64,000 nt of DNA, from IMG/VR virus record IMGVR_UViG_3300032132_000004, positions 9,034 through 73,033 of that record. One strand, 5' to 3'. A program made the translations under genes and the position numbers. The stretch is from a virus. The notes under the pieces are model-generated. The model searched no databases and had not been told where the DNA came from. It saw nothing but the letters and a program-made list of their open reading frames with translations. Below are positions 7,151 to 16,086 of the stretch, piece after piece; position 1 is the stretch's first letter; each line of letters begins with the position of its first letter.

Positions 7151-9839
7151 GAATAGATTCTAATAGATTCATCTGTCCTCTAAGGAATTGATGGAGTGTG
7201 CTCTCTTCTTGCTCCTTTTCAAAGGTCTTCGCATGTTCTACTTTCTTAGCAATTTTAGAAGCCTGATCCTTTCTAATTTTCCCTGACATAGTTGCATTAC
7301 CTTTAGATCTTTCTAGATTAACTTGGTATTCAATATCTTGCATCGTGCCAGTAGCATCCTTACATTTAAACTTAAACACATAGGTTAGTCCTCTAGGTTC
7401 AATTACTAATGGATTACCCTTACTCGTCCTGGCTTTTCCTATAGCCCTAAGAATATCATTCTGGTTAAGAACCATAGTATGACCTTCTACTGATTCTTGG
7501 GTTACTATCTGCCCAAGTTCAGACTGCTCCATGATAGTAGCCCCAGCCATCTTACAAAGAGCATCTCTAGCTCCTTTCTTTTTAACAGGATCATCGCTTT
7601 TTAAATCTGTTGAAAGTGTGTGTCGTATGTAATCTCGTTTTAAAGCTTCTTCAGCTTTCTTTCTAAGCTTTTTTGCTTTTGGAGTATCTCCTTCAAGAGA
7701 TACTCTCTCTCTTATAGTTTTAGGGTTATCATCACTTACCTCAGAGGTAGGATCGTAGTTCTTGTTAGGGACTTCTTTTGTACATATCTTATAAAAAAGG
7801 GAACCTTTTTGTCCATACTCAAAGTTAGCAATAGCGAACTTGGCAACAGCGGTTGCGGCTAGGGATGGATCAGTGACCTGAAGAGTTCCATTCTCATCTA
7901 CATACCTTGCTCTTTCTGATATAGAATCAAGAGTATTATAAGTAGTTTGAATATCTCTAAGGTAGTCAGAAACAGATGTATCATCTTCAGCAAAACCTAA
8001 AGAGGAAACGTTGAGCTTTTCGTAAAAATCTTTCTGATTAGGAGGTAGGCTTGCGCCTGTTAGTACATCTCCCATAGCTATACTAATAGCTCTGTCAAGG
8101 GAAAGATCTCCAAACTTAATAGTATTACCTCTAGATAATTTATTCCCTGCATTTAATAGATGTATTTCTATTTCATTATTATCAATACTAATCCCTAGAT
8201 TATTTAAAGATGCTTCTATATTAGGTTTGAGTGTTTTTGATGCATTATAATACCAGCCCGAAGGAGATAGGGACGTAACATTATCTTTTGTCAAAAGAAG
8301 CTGTCCCGCATTCTTCTTAGCACGCCCCAAACCTTCTTCTCCTTCATAAACGAAAAAGTTATCTACTTTACCTGCAAGCGTTTGTGCTCTACCTCCCGCG
8401 ACAATCTCATCAGCTTCCAGCGCATGTATTAATGACGCAGTTTGCACCATCATATTTTGGAATAGAGTTTTGACTTTTTGGATATCTGATAAAGCAGTAA
8501 GTTGCTTGTTTACTTCCGACACAGTAGGATATGCTTTAATATCAATAGCCATATCTGCCATAGGAGTGTTCCCAGCAAATGTTGTTAGTTCTTTTTTAGT
8601 TTCCTTTAGCTCATTACTGAATGAGTCTAATGCCTGTTCCAGAATTTCCTTTTTGTTTGTTCTTAGAGAAGATAGCACACGCACCATTACTCCCATAAAC
8701 GATTCGTTGAAGCGTCCCTTTGTTTCGTTTTCTGCATTAGTTCCTGGGAACTTATGCTGCTCAAGATCACAGTTAAAACTGTCCAGCATAGCTTTATGAA
8801 AGCTTCCCTTTTCTAAAACAACACCTTCAACACCAAACTCTTCATCGTTATTAAGATTTTCAGCACGATCAGTAAAAAGAACTATCTTGTTACTACCAAC
8901 TAATCCCACTCTTTTCTTTACTTCATCGCAATTAGCATTTCCTTTTGGATCTAAACTAGTAGTCATTAACTCCAAAAGTTCGAGATTAGTCTTGAAGACA
9001 TCAAGGTACATCTCTTCCCCAATATCTTCTTTAATCATATTACCTGATGCATCAAAACCAGCAAAACCTACCCCATGAAATAGTTTTGATTCTATACTCT
9101 TTTTATTAGAGCCTCCAATATACTGAAGCATATTGACATCGCCCTTGCAGATATAATCTGGTAGACCTCGCACTGAGCCTTCTTCATCCTCAGTATCATC
9201 GCCGCACAACTCTTTCAGCTTTCTCATAGCTTCTTGCTGTACCCCTATTATATCATTAGCCAATGAAGCTAACTCAGGTTTACTATTTATTAAAGACCCT
9301 AGGGTATTTAATCTTTTCTGAAGGAGTTCTTCCTCACGTTCCTGTCTGATATGTTCAGTAACGTCCGCATCTATATCTGCTTGCCCCTCCATAAAGTATT
9401 TAATTAATTGCTTCCATCCCTTAGAATCCGTAATCGGAGTTCCATCTGCCTTAGCTAGTGCCATAGGCCGTTGAGCACCAAAGACTAGACTTATACTTGC
9501 AGCTACTATAGGTTGTTGGGGATCTTCTTGGTCAGTCTTAGCCTGATCGGCGTCACCAGTCACAATCTTATTCCCCACCACTCTTCCCTTTTGGCTAGGG
9601 TGCCTTATAGGGGTTTCATAAGCATATGGCTCTCCACCCTTTACTGCAAACTCGACAACATCAGCATAACTTTTGCCCTCACCATCAGCAATAACTTTTT
9701 TAGCCTGTTCCTCAGCGGCAGCCAGCTTCTCTGGGTCTTCCCCAGACTTCTCCTTATCTTCCTCACTAAGATAAGTAAGCTTAAACTTCCTTTTCTTAAG
9801 TCTATCGTAGCTCTCTAGTAGTTCTGAGAAGTAGTCCAT
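7119..9839 (-). CDS. Large hypothetical protein (906 aa), probable virion internal or ejection protein
   Basis: Long open frame. N-terminus MDYFSELLESY...LSEE resembles prohead-protease-cleaved leaders. Function is inferred. Confidence 0.7.
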   Translation of the reverse strand: MDYFSELLESYDRLKKRKFKLTYLSEEDKEKSGEDPEKLAAAEEQAKKVIADGEGKSYADVVEFAVKGGEPYAYETPIRHPSQKGRVVGNKIVTGDADQAKTDQEDPQQPIVAASISLVFGAQRPMALAKADGTPITDSKGWKQLIKYFMEGQADIDADVTEHIRQEREEELLQKRLNTLGSLINSKPELASLANDIIGVQQEAMRKLKELCGDDTEDEEGSVRGLPDYICKGDVNMLQYIGGSNKKSIESKLFHGVGFAGFDASGNMIKEDIGEEMYLDVFKTNLELLELMTTSLDPKGNANCDEVKKRVGLVGSNKIVLFTDRAENLNNDEEFGVEGVVLEKGSFHKAMLDSFNCDLEQHKFPGTNAENETKGRFNESFMGVMVRVLSSLRTNKKEILEQALDSFSNELKETKKELTTFAGNTPMADMAIDIKAYPTVSEVNKQLTALSDIQKVKTLFQNMMVQTASLIHALEADEIVAGGRAQTLAGKVDNFFVYEGEEGLGRAKKNAGQLLLTKDNVTSLSPSGWYYNASKTLKPNIEASLNNLGISIDNNEIEIHLLNAGNKLSRGNTIKFGDLSLDRAISIAMGDVLTGASLPPNQKDFYEKLNVSSLGFAEDDTSVSDYLRDIQTTYNTLDSISERARYVDENGTLQVTDPSLAATAVAKFAIANFEYGQKGSLFYKICTKEVPNKNYDPTSEVSDDNPKTIRERVSLEGDTPKAKKLRKKAEEALKRDYIRHTLSTDLKSDDPVKKKGARDALCKMAGATIMEQSELGQIVTQESVEGHTMVLNQNDILRAIGKARTSKGNPLVIEPRGLTYVFKFKCKDATGTMQDIEYQVNLERSKGNATMSGKIRKDQASKIAKKVEHAKTFEKEQEESTLHQFLRGQMNLLESILNQSKHSLPL

Positions 9840-9850
9840 AGTACATTATA
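9840..9850 (-). promoter_or_regulatory. -10 box immediately upstream of a start codon (leaderless type)
   Basis: Minus strand reads TATAAT-gtact-ATG(9839), just downstream of a terminator hairpin. Confidence 0.6.
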
Positions 9851-9863
9851 GCTAAGTACAACA

Positions 9864-9895
9864 GGCTCAGTCTGATCTAAATAACAGACTGAGCC
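9864..9895 (-). terminator. Stem-loop terminator after the tail tube gene
   Basis: Perfect 11-bp inverted repeat GGCTCAGTCTG / CAGACTGAGCC with a 10-nt loop, followed by TGTTGT on the minus strand. Confidence 0.7.
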
Positions 9896-9919
9896 CAAGT
9901 AGATGCATCCTGATTCTAA

Positions 9920-10513
9920 TTAGGATGGGTTAGAGTAGTTGAACGAATTCATGAAATCGTACTTGAAGTTCACAGTAAGTTGGTGGAACTGGTTGGTAGA
10001 GTAATTGAATTCAGAAGCAGACCAAGATGTGGGGTACACTCCGTAAAGTTCTACAACAGAGTGTGGGACTAGAGTGTTGTCTAGTTGAACAACCTCAACC
10101 TTGTCTGCTTTAAAAGATGTTCCTGCAAGACCTCCTGGCTGAGAGTTCTTAGTCATTTGTCCCGTGATAGGATCGTAAACACTTCGGAAGTAACGGAAGA
10201 GATCAGATGCTGTTTCCCTAAGATAAAGGTTGTCGAAGTCTACGGACAGTTCACCTGGGGTAGTCTTACCAGGGTAATGAACTTTGTCGTTAACTCTATC
10301 AATTACGATAGCTTCGTTCTTAATCTCAAGACCCGTAATCTTTTTAGCAGCTAGAGTTAGATCAGTTTCGTTAGTAACATCAGCAGGTAGCCCGTGAAAA
10401 TGAATTTCGAATTGATAAGCTCTTACTGAATCTAGATCAGTAGAGATAGTAGGAAGGCCTTGACCAGGGGTGAACTGCCGTCCATATTTATCCTTGTAGT
10501 ATGATTTTGCCAT
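9920..10513 (-). CDS. gp19: Tail tube protein (T4 gp19-like)
   Basis: RAYQFEI, YPGK...ELSVDF, LYGVYPT, EFNYS, LTVNFKYD; follows the sheath gene. Confidence 0.9.
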   Translation of the reverse strand: MAKSYYKDKYGRQFTPGQGLPTISTDLDSVRAYQFEIHFHGLPADVTNETDLTLAAKKITGLEIKNEAIVIDRVNDKVHYPGKTTPGELSVDFDNLYLRETASDLFRYFRSVYDPITGQMTKNSQPGGLAGTSFKADKVEVVQLDNTLVPHSVVELYGVYPTSWSASEFNYSTNQFHQLTVNFKYDFMNSFNYSNPS

Positions 10514-10524
10514 TTATATTACCC

Positions 10525-12714
10525 TTATAGGTTTCCTAGTTGAGCACTCTGGTTTGTAAGATTGACCTCAAAGATGAGCATCTCAGCAGTTTTAGTAGGC
10601 TTGATTAGAACCTTAGTCCAAAGCTCGTTTCGATCCACTCTAACAGGAGTGTTAGTTGTTTCATCACAAACTACACGGAACTCAGTGATACCCCTTCTTC
10701 TTCGAATGTTATCAAGGAAGGGATTAAGTACGCCTTCTATTTGTGCCCAAGTAAATTCATCGTTAGCTTCGAACACAAATCTTTGAGTTGCAGCTAGGAT
10801 AATTTTTCTTATGTAGATCATTAGTCTACGGATATTGATTCTATCCAGGGCTGAAGCAGAACGTTGAGTAGTTCTTTGTCCGAAGATAGTAATACCTTGT
10901 TGAGGGAAGGCTACGATTGGGTTAACCACATTGCCTCCGCTGTAAAGGCTATCACGATCACCTTGGTTAAGTTTGACTTCTACCTCGGTAGGCTTAGTGA
11001 GTCTACCTCTTCGGAATCCAGCAGGAGCAGCCCAGCTATCAGCTACGGCATCAGTTAGTGCCATCTGACGAGCAGCAAAGATGGAAGGATCATACCAGCG
11101 GTCCTTACCATCGAAGGTGCTGAATACTTTTACCCAAGGCCAGTGAATAGCTGCATATGAACTATTAATAGAAGCGGTTCTAGAACCACCCGTAGTCGAG
11201 GATCTACCGTTACTCCAATCAATAGCATCTTGAACAGTTCCTACTGCGACAGGAGGAGACACAAGAGCTAAGAAGTTTTGTGTAGTTTCCGCCAAAGTAA
11301 TGAGATTATTCTGTACATTTTGAGTCTGGATGCCTGGGACTAGTGCGATACCGATGTTGAGGATATCGTCATCTAAAGCTTGCATACCTGTTTTAGGCTC
11401 AACAGCATTAGAACCGATGAGAGCAGTATCCTGAGCAGTGCCGCCAGGATCTCCATTAGTCCCTCCTGCTAAGCTAGTAGCTGCGGCAGGAAGTAGTTTA
11501 AGGAAGATAGGTCCGTTAAGAACGGATCTAGATACAGGAGTTACGGACAGGGTATTATCTACAGAAGGAATATTCCACTGAGAAGTAGTCAAAAATCCAG
11601 TATCTCCTAGTAGAGTTCCTAAGTGTCCTGTGAAACTTGCAAGCTCAGCAGCAGTAGCATCAGCACCATCTTTAACCAAGTTACCTTTGATAATGTCAGA
11701 AGTAGTATTAGTTTCCCCTGTATTAATTACAGTTTCAAGGAAATTACCTGATCCAACAAAGCTTGTTTTAAATGTTTCCGCTGCTGTGCCGTTTTGATTA
11801 ACAACCACATTACAATTTTTAGAACCTAAGGAATTTAATGTAATACTGTTTCCACTTGTGCTTCCATCTGATTTAGTACCACCATTATATCCTGCTCCAG
11901 GGTGGAGAGATTCAATCACATAAGCAGCAGAGTCTGTGCCTGTAGAAAGAATAGTACTTCCGTATACTCGCACGGCAGAAGCAATAGCACCAGAAGCTCC
12001 AAAAGAACTATTAGATCCTGAACCTGCGTAGACTGCGTGAAGAGCAGACACGCCATTGACTGCTGAGAAAGTAGTTGAACTACAAGCTGACATGCTCATA
12101 GATGCCCCTGAGCCAGCAAAAGACCCGACTACTGCTCCAGATAGACCTAAAGCAGTAGCGCCTGTTCCTGCTTCTCCGTCATAAAAAACTCCAACCTTAT
12201 CAGAATCAAGACCTCCACCAATAATCTTACGTAATGCTTCTGCTTGGCTAACCGCTGTACCCGCAGGGATAGAAAAGTCTTTACCTTGGCTAGAGTTATC
12301 TGTAAATTGTGCTATACCATCATTATTGTATACCTGAATACGCAAGGTAAGAGGAGTAGCTACTCCATGTCCTTCGCTCACTGAAGCAGCACCAGAAACA
12401 ATAACTGCTGGGCAGGATCCAATACTCATAGTAGCAGAAGCATCAAGAGCACCATCAGCGGCTCTTACATAATAAACAGAGTTAGTCTGCTCTAGAATTT
12501 CTAGAGCACCCTCAATACCTTGGCCTGTAAGGTTTTCGCTAGGTTCCCCGAAAGTAGAAACGAGGTTGTTTTGGCTAGTAATTAAAGTAGCTTTGTTTGT
12601 AGGACCTTTGGATGCAAAGCCTACTATACCAACAATAGACGTATTAATAGAGGGTGCATACTCTGAGATATCTTTTTCAATAACGTAAACACCGGGACTA
12701 ACAAAATTAACCAT
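10525..12714 (-). CDS. gp18: Contractile tail sheath protein (T4 gp18-like)
   Basis: FVSPGVYVIEKD start; YAAIHWPW, WAAPAGFRRG, RDSLY...NPI, FGQRT, DRINIRRL and FVFEAND. Confidence 0.97.
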   Translation of the reverse strand: MVNFVSPGVYVIEKDISEYAPSINTSIVGIVGFASKGPTNKATLITSQNNLVSTFGEPSENLTGQGIEGALEILEQTNSVYYVRAADGALDASATMSIGSCPAVIVSGAASVSEGHGVATPLTLRIQVYNNDGIAQFTDNSSQGKDFSIPAGTAVSQAEALRKIIGGGLDSDKVGVFYDGEAGTGATALGLSGAVVGSFAGSGASMSMSACSSTTFSAVNGVSALHAVYAGSGSNSSFGASGAIASAVRVYGSTILSTGTDSAAYVIESLHPGAGYNGGTKSDGSTSGNSITLNSLGSKNCNVVVNQNGTAAETFKTSFVGSGNFLETVINTGETNTTSDIIKGNLVKDGADATAAELASFTGHLGTLLGDTGFLTTSQWNIPSVDNTLSVTPVSRSVLNGPIFLKLLPAAATSLAGGTNGDPGGTAQDTALIGSNAVEPKTGMQALDDDILNIGIALVPGIQTQNVQNNLITLAETTQNFLALVSPPVAVGTVQDAIDWSNGRSSTTGGSRTASINSSYAAIHWPWVKVFSTFDGKDRWYDPSIFAARQMALTDAVADSWAAPAGFRRGRLTKPTEVEVKLNQGDRDSLYSGGNVVNPIVAFPQQGITIFGQRTTQRSASALDRINIRRLMIYIRKIILAATQRFVFEANDEFTWAQIEGVLNPFLDNIRRRRGITEFRVVCDETTNTPVRVDRNELWTKVLIKPTKTAEMLIFEVNLTNQSAQLGNL

Positions 12715-12724
12715 AATTTAACTC

Positions 12725-12901
12725 CTATGCGTTGGAAATCTTAAACTGCCTTCTGCGGTGAAGGGTCTTAATCTGCTCTGTGATGTAAGGTTCAGGAACT
12801 ACAATACTTTCTCCTGGCTTCATATTACGTTCTTTGCATCCTTTTTCTGTGTTAAAGTATACGGTAATAGATTGGAGACTATCGTTTTTTACAACTTTCA
12901 T
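12725..12901 (-). CDS. Small hypothetical protein upstream of the sheath (58 aa)
   Basis: Start reassigned to ATG 12901 (MKVVKNDS...), which has AGGA upstream; the longer track ORF would run through a promoter region. Confidence 0.65.
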   Translation of the reverse strand: MKVVKNDSLQSITVYFNTEKGCKERNMKPGESIVVPEPYITEQIKTLHRRRQFKISNA

Positions 12902-12920
12902 AAGTAATTCTTTCCTATAA

Positions 12921-12926
12921 TATGTA
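12921..12926 (-). promoter_or_regulatory. Putative late promoter TANATA (TACATA)
   Basis: Sits in the gap ahead of the sheath/tube operon; the same hexamer pattern recurs before other virion operons. Confidence 0.45.
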
Positions 12927-12957
12927 CTACAGAGAATAGTGTTTTTTGAAAACTTTT

Positions 12958-13773
12958 TTATCCACACCCATTATTGATTGTAACCCTAATGGTATGGGTG
13001 CTGTTGTTCTCATCAGGCTCTGTAGTGGTGTTGTGGATATCAGCATAGATTCCAAACACATACTCTTCTTGGTCTACTTGGTATAAATCATTATACTCAA
13101 AGACTCCTGATATCTCTTGACCTGGGGCTAGACCAGCCACATCATGCTGTGCTACTAGCTCAGAAGGGGGGTTAAAAGGTATGGAAGCTACGGTTAGGAC
13201 AGCAGTAGCAGGAGCATCCTCTGGGTTTAGGAATCTCCAAAAGCCTACTACAAAAGGCTGTGCTGCATCGTTCCCTGTGTTCCTAACAGTGTAGGAATAC
13301 TGTACAGTGTCAGGCCTTTCCAAGCTAATATTAGCTAGCTGAATAGGGTTTGTTCCTTCCCAGCAATGAAAACGTGCTGCGGGCATATTGATAGGAGGGT
13401 AATGACCTTGCCCAGAGGCGGCTAAGAGCAGCTTGTCAGCAGCAAAGGTGGTCACCTGTAGGTCTGCCTTAGGAGCCTCTCCAGTGGTGTTAGAATCGCC
13501 TGCAAAGCCTGTACCCGCTGTGACCCTCGTTTGGCCTGCGATGGTCCTAGGGGCCGCGTGAGGGCTCTTACCGTGCGAGGTAATGGCATCCCCCTGTAGG
13601 GACACTTTCATACCCTCTACAAAGACGTTCTGAGAGCCAGGACCAATAATCAAACCCCCTGCTGTGTCATTCTCGACACGGCTAACCCCTTTTCCTTCTA
13701 TAGTAACTCTACTACTTCCAGTTTGAGGATGCCCACACGAAGCAGGGGTTCCTTGTACACTAATATCAGGCAT
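12958..13773 (-). CDS. PAAR spike-tip protein fused to a C-terminal CARDB/Ig-like domain
   Basis: N-terminal SCGH...GSSRVTIEGKGVSR...GSQNVFVEGMKV...GD...H...H (PAAR); C-terminal ADLQV...VRNTG...GLAPGQE...AD.....EPDENN (CARDB). Confidence 0.88.
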   Translation of the reverse strand: MPDISVQGTPASCGHPQTGSSRVTIEGKGVSRVENDTAGGLIIGPGSQNVFVEGMKVSLQGDAITSHGKSPHAAPRTIAGQTRVTAGTGFAGDSNTTGEAPKADLQVTTFAADKLLLAASGQGHYPPINMPAARFHCWEGTNPIQLANISLERPDTVQYSYTVRNTGNDAAQPFVVGFWRFLNPEDAPATAVLTVASIPFNPPSELVAQHDVAGLAPGQEISGVFEYNDLYQVDQEEYVFGIYADIHNTTTEPDENNSTHTIRVTINNGCG

Positions 13774-13779
13774 TATTGA

Positions 13780-16083
13780 TTAAATACTAACCATTGCTTG
13801 TTCTGATTGAACCCCTTCGGCTGTAGAAGAGTTAGCAGATATTGCATAGTAGTATGTACCTCCCCCAGGAGGTGTATCGTTGTTTATGAAAGTATCTGTT
13901 GTTGTTCCTACGAAGACCATTTCTTTAGCGAAACTTACAGGGTCATCATTACGACCATCCCCACCACCAATAGCGGGTAGAAGGTGCCCAGGAGTAATCA
14001 AATCACTAACTGCTTGGGCACCAGTAGCGGATCTCCAATTGCTATTTACTACAGTGGGATTTGTAATAGAACGATATAGGTTGTAAGAAGTGGCTGCTTC
14101 AGAAGTAGTAGCTGTGGATGCTACCACAGCATCCCATGTAAGATTAACTGTACCATTTCCATTATCGGTAGCTTGTACATTTTCCGGGGCTGGGATCCAA
14201 CCATCCCAAGCCTGAGAATCAAACTCTCCTCGACCAGCAGTACTTGTACTATTTTCAAAACCATCTTGATTTCTGAAGTACTTAAAGAACCAAGATTTAT
14301 GGTGATTTTTCATAAAGCGGCTAGCCCTTACGTTATAAGGATCCTCATTACGAGGGAACAAGGCCCATAAAGCAGTAGCTCCTCTATTTTCAAGGTGAGG
14401 ATAAAACGTGGAAAAGCCCGCCGATCCACCATCATCAGAGCATAAGCATCCAAAAGGAGACACATCAGTATTGGAACCAGTAAAAGGCCCATCACTTCCG
14501 ACATGCCAAAGACCTCCTTCAATAGAAGGAGTAGTAGATAGGCCTAAAAGAGCCCTAGCCCAAATGGAATAACCCCAAGTAGCTAATCTGTGACTACCCT
14601 TCCCAAAATAAGTATTGCCAGGACCTCCCCACGATGGGTTCCCTCCTGGCTGTATAGGAGTCCCACAAGTCTTACCAAATCCAGGGTTATCATTGTCCTC
14701 TTGTTCTCCGTTATGGAGGTATAGACTGTATCCAAGATCCCTTAAGTATTTATGATAAAAAGGAGCACCATTGATATGGGTACCTCCAACATAAGTACAT
14801 GTAGTCCCTGGTCCGTTAGCGTATTGGAAAGCAGCAGTGTGTGGGCTAGCTTGGTCTACTGCCTGTGCCATAGATGCTAACATATGATGAAGTGGTTCCC
14901 AGCTAGGATCCTTACCCAAAGCAGCGGCAGATATTATCAAAGACATGCGGGCACCGTACTCATAAGGAGCGTACCTACCATAACCGTGTGCAAGCCAATC
15001 CCTTTGGCCCATATTCTCATGACCATGCATTCCCCAGTGCTGAGGAACATTAAAAGCAAACTCAAGTATGCGTTGAGTTATTTCCTCATCGTCATCACTC
15101 CAAGCATTATTGGGATCAATTAGCCCAAAACCATTAGCAAGTTTTGCGTGAGCACGATAAAGAACAATCTTTTCCAACTGTAAAGCTTGATTAGAAGCAG
15201 ATCCACCTGAGGTCCATTGGAAATCAGTTGGTAGATTAGTAGCAGCGGCAACAGATGTGATACCATCATAAGTAGTTCCTCCCCATCCTGTTACCTTATC
15301 TATGGCTATGTTTTTAAAGTGTTCCCACAAGGCTACATTGTAAGAAGGAGAATCAGTACTAGCCCACATCCCTGATCTGTATTCAGGTTGCGAAGAACAT
15401 TTAATAATCGTACCGTCTGAGCCTACAGCTTTAGCTAAATTCAAAAATCCTTCGGGTAGAGTGTCTGCATCAGCACCTATAGAGGTAATAGCTCCACTCT
15501 TAGGAGTTCCATTGCTCCAATGAACACCATAGGGATTTCCAAGCGTAATTGGATTATTTGGATATGTAACCTGATCCATACTTACAAAACCGTACCAAGG
15601 ATTTCCATACGCTACCTGAAGAGAATCACCTTCTTGAAGAGTTACTGTTGCGGTAGCTAGTTGGTTAGGAAGCATACTCCCACCTTGTTGCACAGAACCA
15701 TAGGTAGGCGCATCTGTATAAAGCCATGAGAAGGTGGGATCAAAAGTTGGGTACGTAGCAGTTACATAATCCATCGTCTGTGAGTGGACTCTATAATAAA
15801 CCGTAGCAAACTGTCTCGTAACTCCTGTGTGGCGACCATCGAAACCACTATGAATCCCAGGAGGGTTGACAGCTATAACATAATCTCCAGGCGTAACCCA
15901 ACCGCCAGGGTATTCTTGATACCCTCCAACAGCCCACACACTCTGAATGGCTGGATTTACTGCTGTTACTTTAACACCCATTAGATCCAAAGATCCATTA
16001 GGTTTTGGGAAAGCAGCAACAGTTAATGGTGGTGCTTCTTCTGGGGTTGCATAAGCTTCTAAACTGTAGGGTGATTCTTGCAT
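13780..16083 (-). CDS. Virion-associated protein with C-terminal FN3 domain; in-frame continuation of the upstream gene
   Basis: PAPENVQA...VNLTWD...SYNLYRS...YYYAISA...EG..S is an FN3 pattern. Its N-terminus QESPYS..AYATP is the last strand of the FN3 domain begun upstream. Confidence 0.75.
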   Translation of the reverse strand: MQESPYSLEAYATPEEAPPLTVAAFPKPNGSLDLMGVKVTAVNPAIQSVWAVGGYQEYPGGWVTPGDYVIAVNPPGIHSGFDGRHTGVTRQFATVYYRVHSQTMDYVTATYPTFDPTFSWLYTDAPTYGSVQQGGSMLPNQLATATVTLQEGDSLQVAYGNPWYGFVSMDQVTYPNNPITLGNPYGVHWSNGTPKSGAITSIGADADTLPEGFLNLAKAVGSDGTIIKCSSQPEYRSGMWASTDSPSYNVALWEHFKNIAIDKVTGWGGTTYDGITSVAAATNLPTDFQWTSGGSASNQALQLEKIVLYRAHAKLANGFGLIDPNNAWSDDDEEITQRILEFAFNVPQHWGMHGHENMGQRDWLAHGYGRYAPYEYGARMSLIISAAALGKDPSWEPLHHMLASMAQAVDQASPHTAAFQYANGPGTTCTYVGGTHINGAPFYHKYLRDLGYSLYLHNGEQEDNDNPGFGKTCGTPIQPGGNPSWGGPGNTYFGKGSHRLATWGYSIWARALLGLSTTPSIEGGLWHVGSDGPFTGSNTDVSPFGCLCSDDGGSAGFSTFYPHLENRGATALWALFPRNEDPYNVRASRFMKNHHKSWFFKYFRNQDGFENSTSTAGRGEFDSQAWDGWIPAPENVQATDNGNGTVNLTWDAVVASTATTSEAATSYNLYRSITNPTVVNSNWRSATGAQAVSDLITPGHLLPAIGGGDGRNDDPVSFAKEMVFVGTTTDTFINNDTPPGGGTYYYAISANSSTAEGVQSEQAMVSI

Positions 16084-16086
16084 AAT

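Noticed and set aside
9875-9884. CTAAATA late-promoter-like motif in the terminator loop on the plus strand
   Set aside because: It points antisense into the tail tube gene with no gene to drive; a single short AT-rich match is likely chance.
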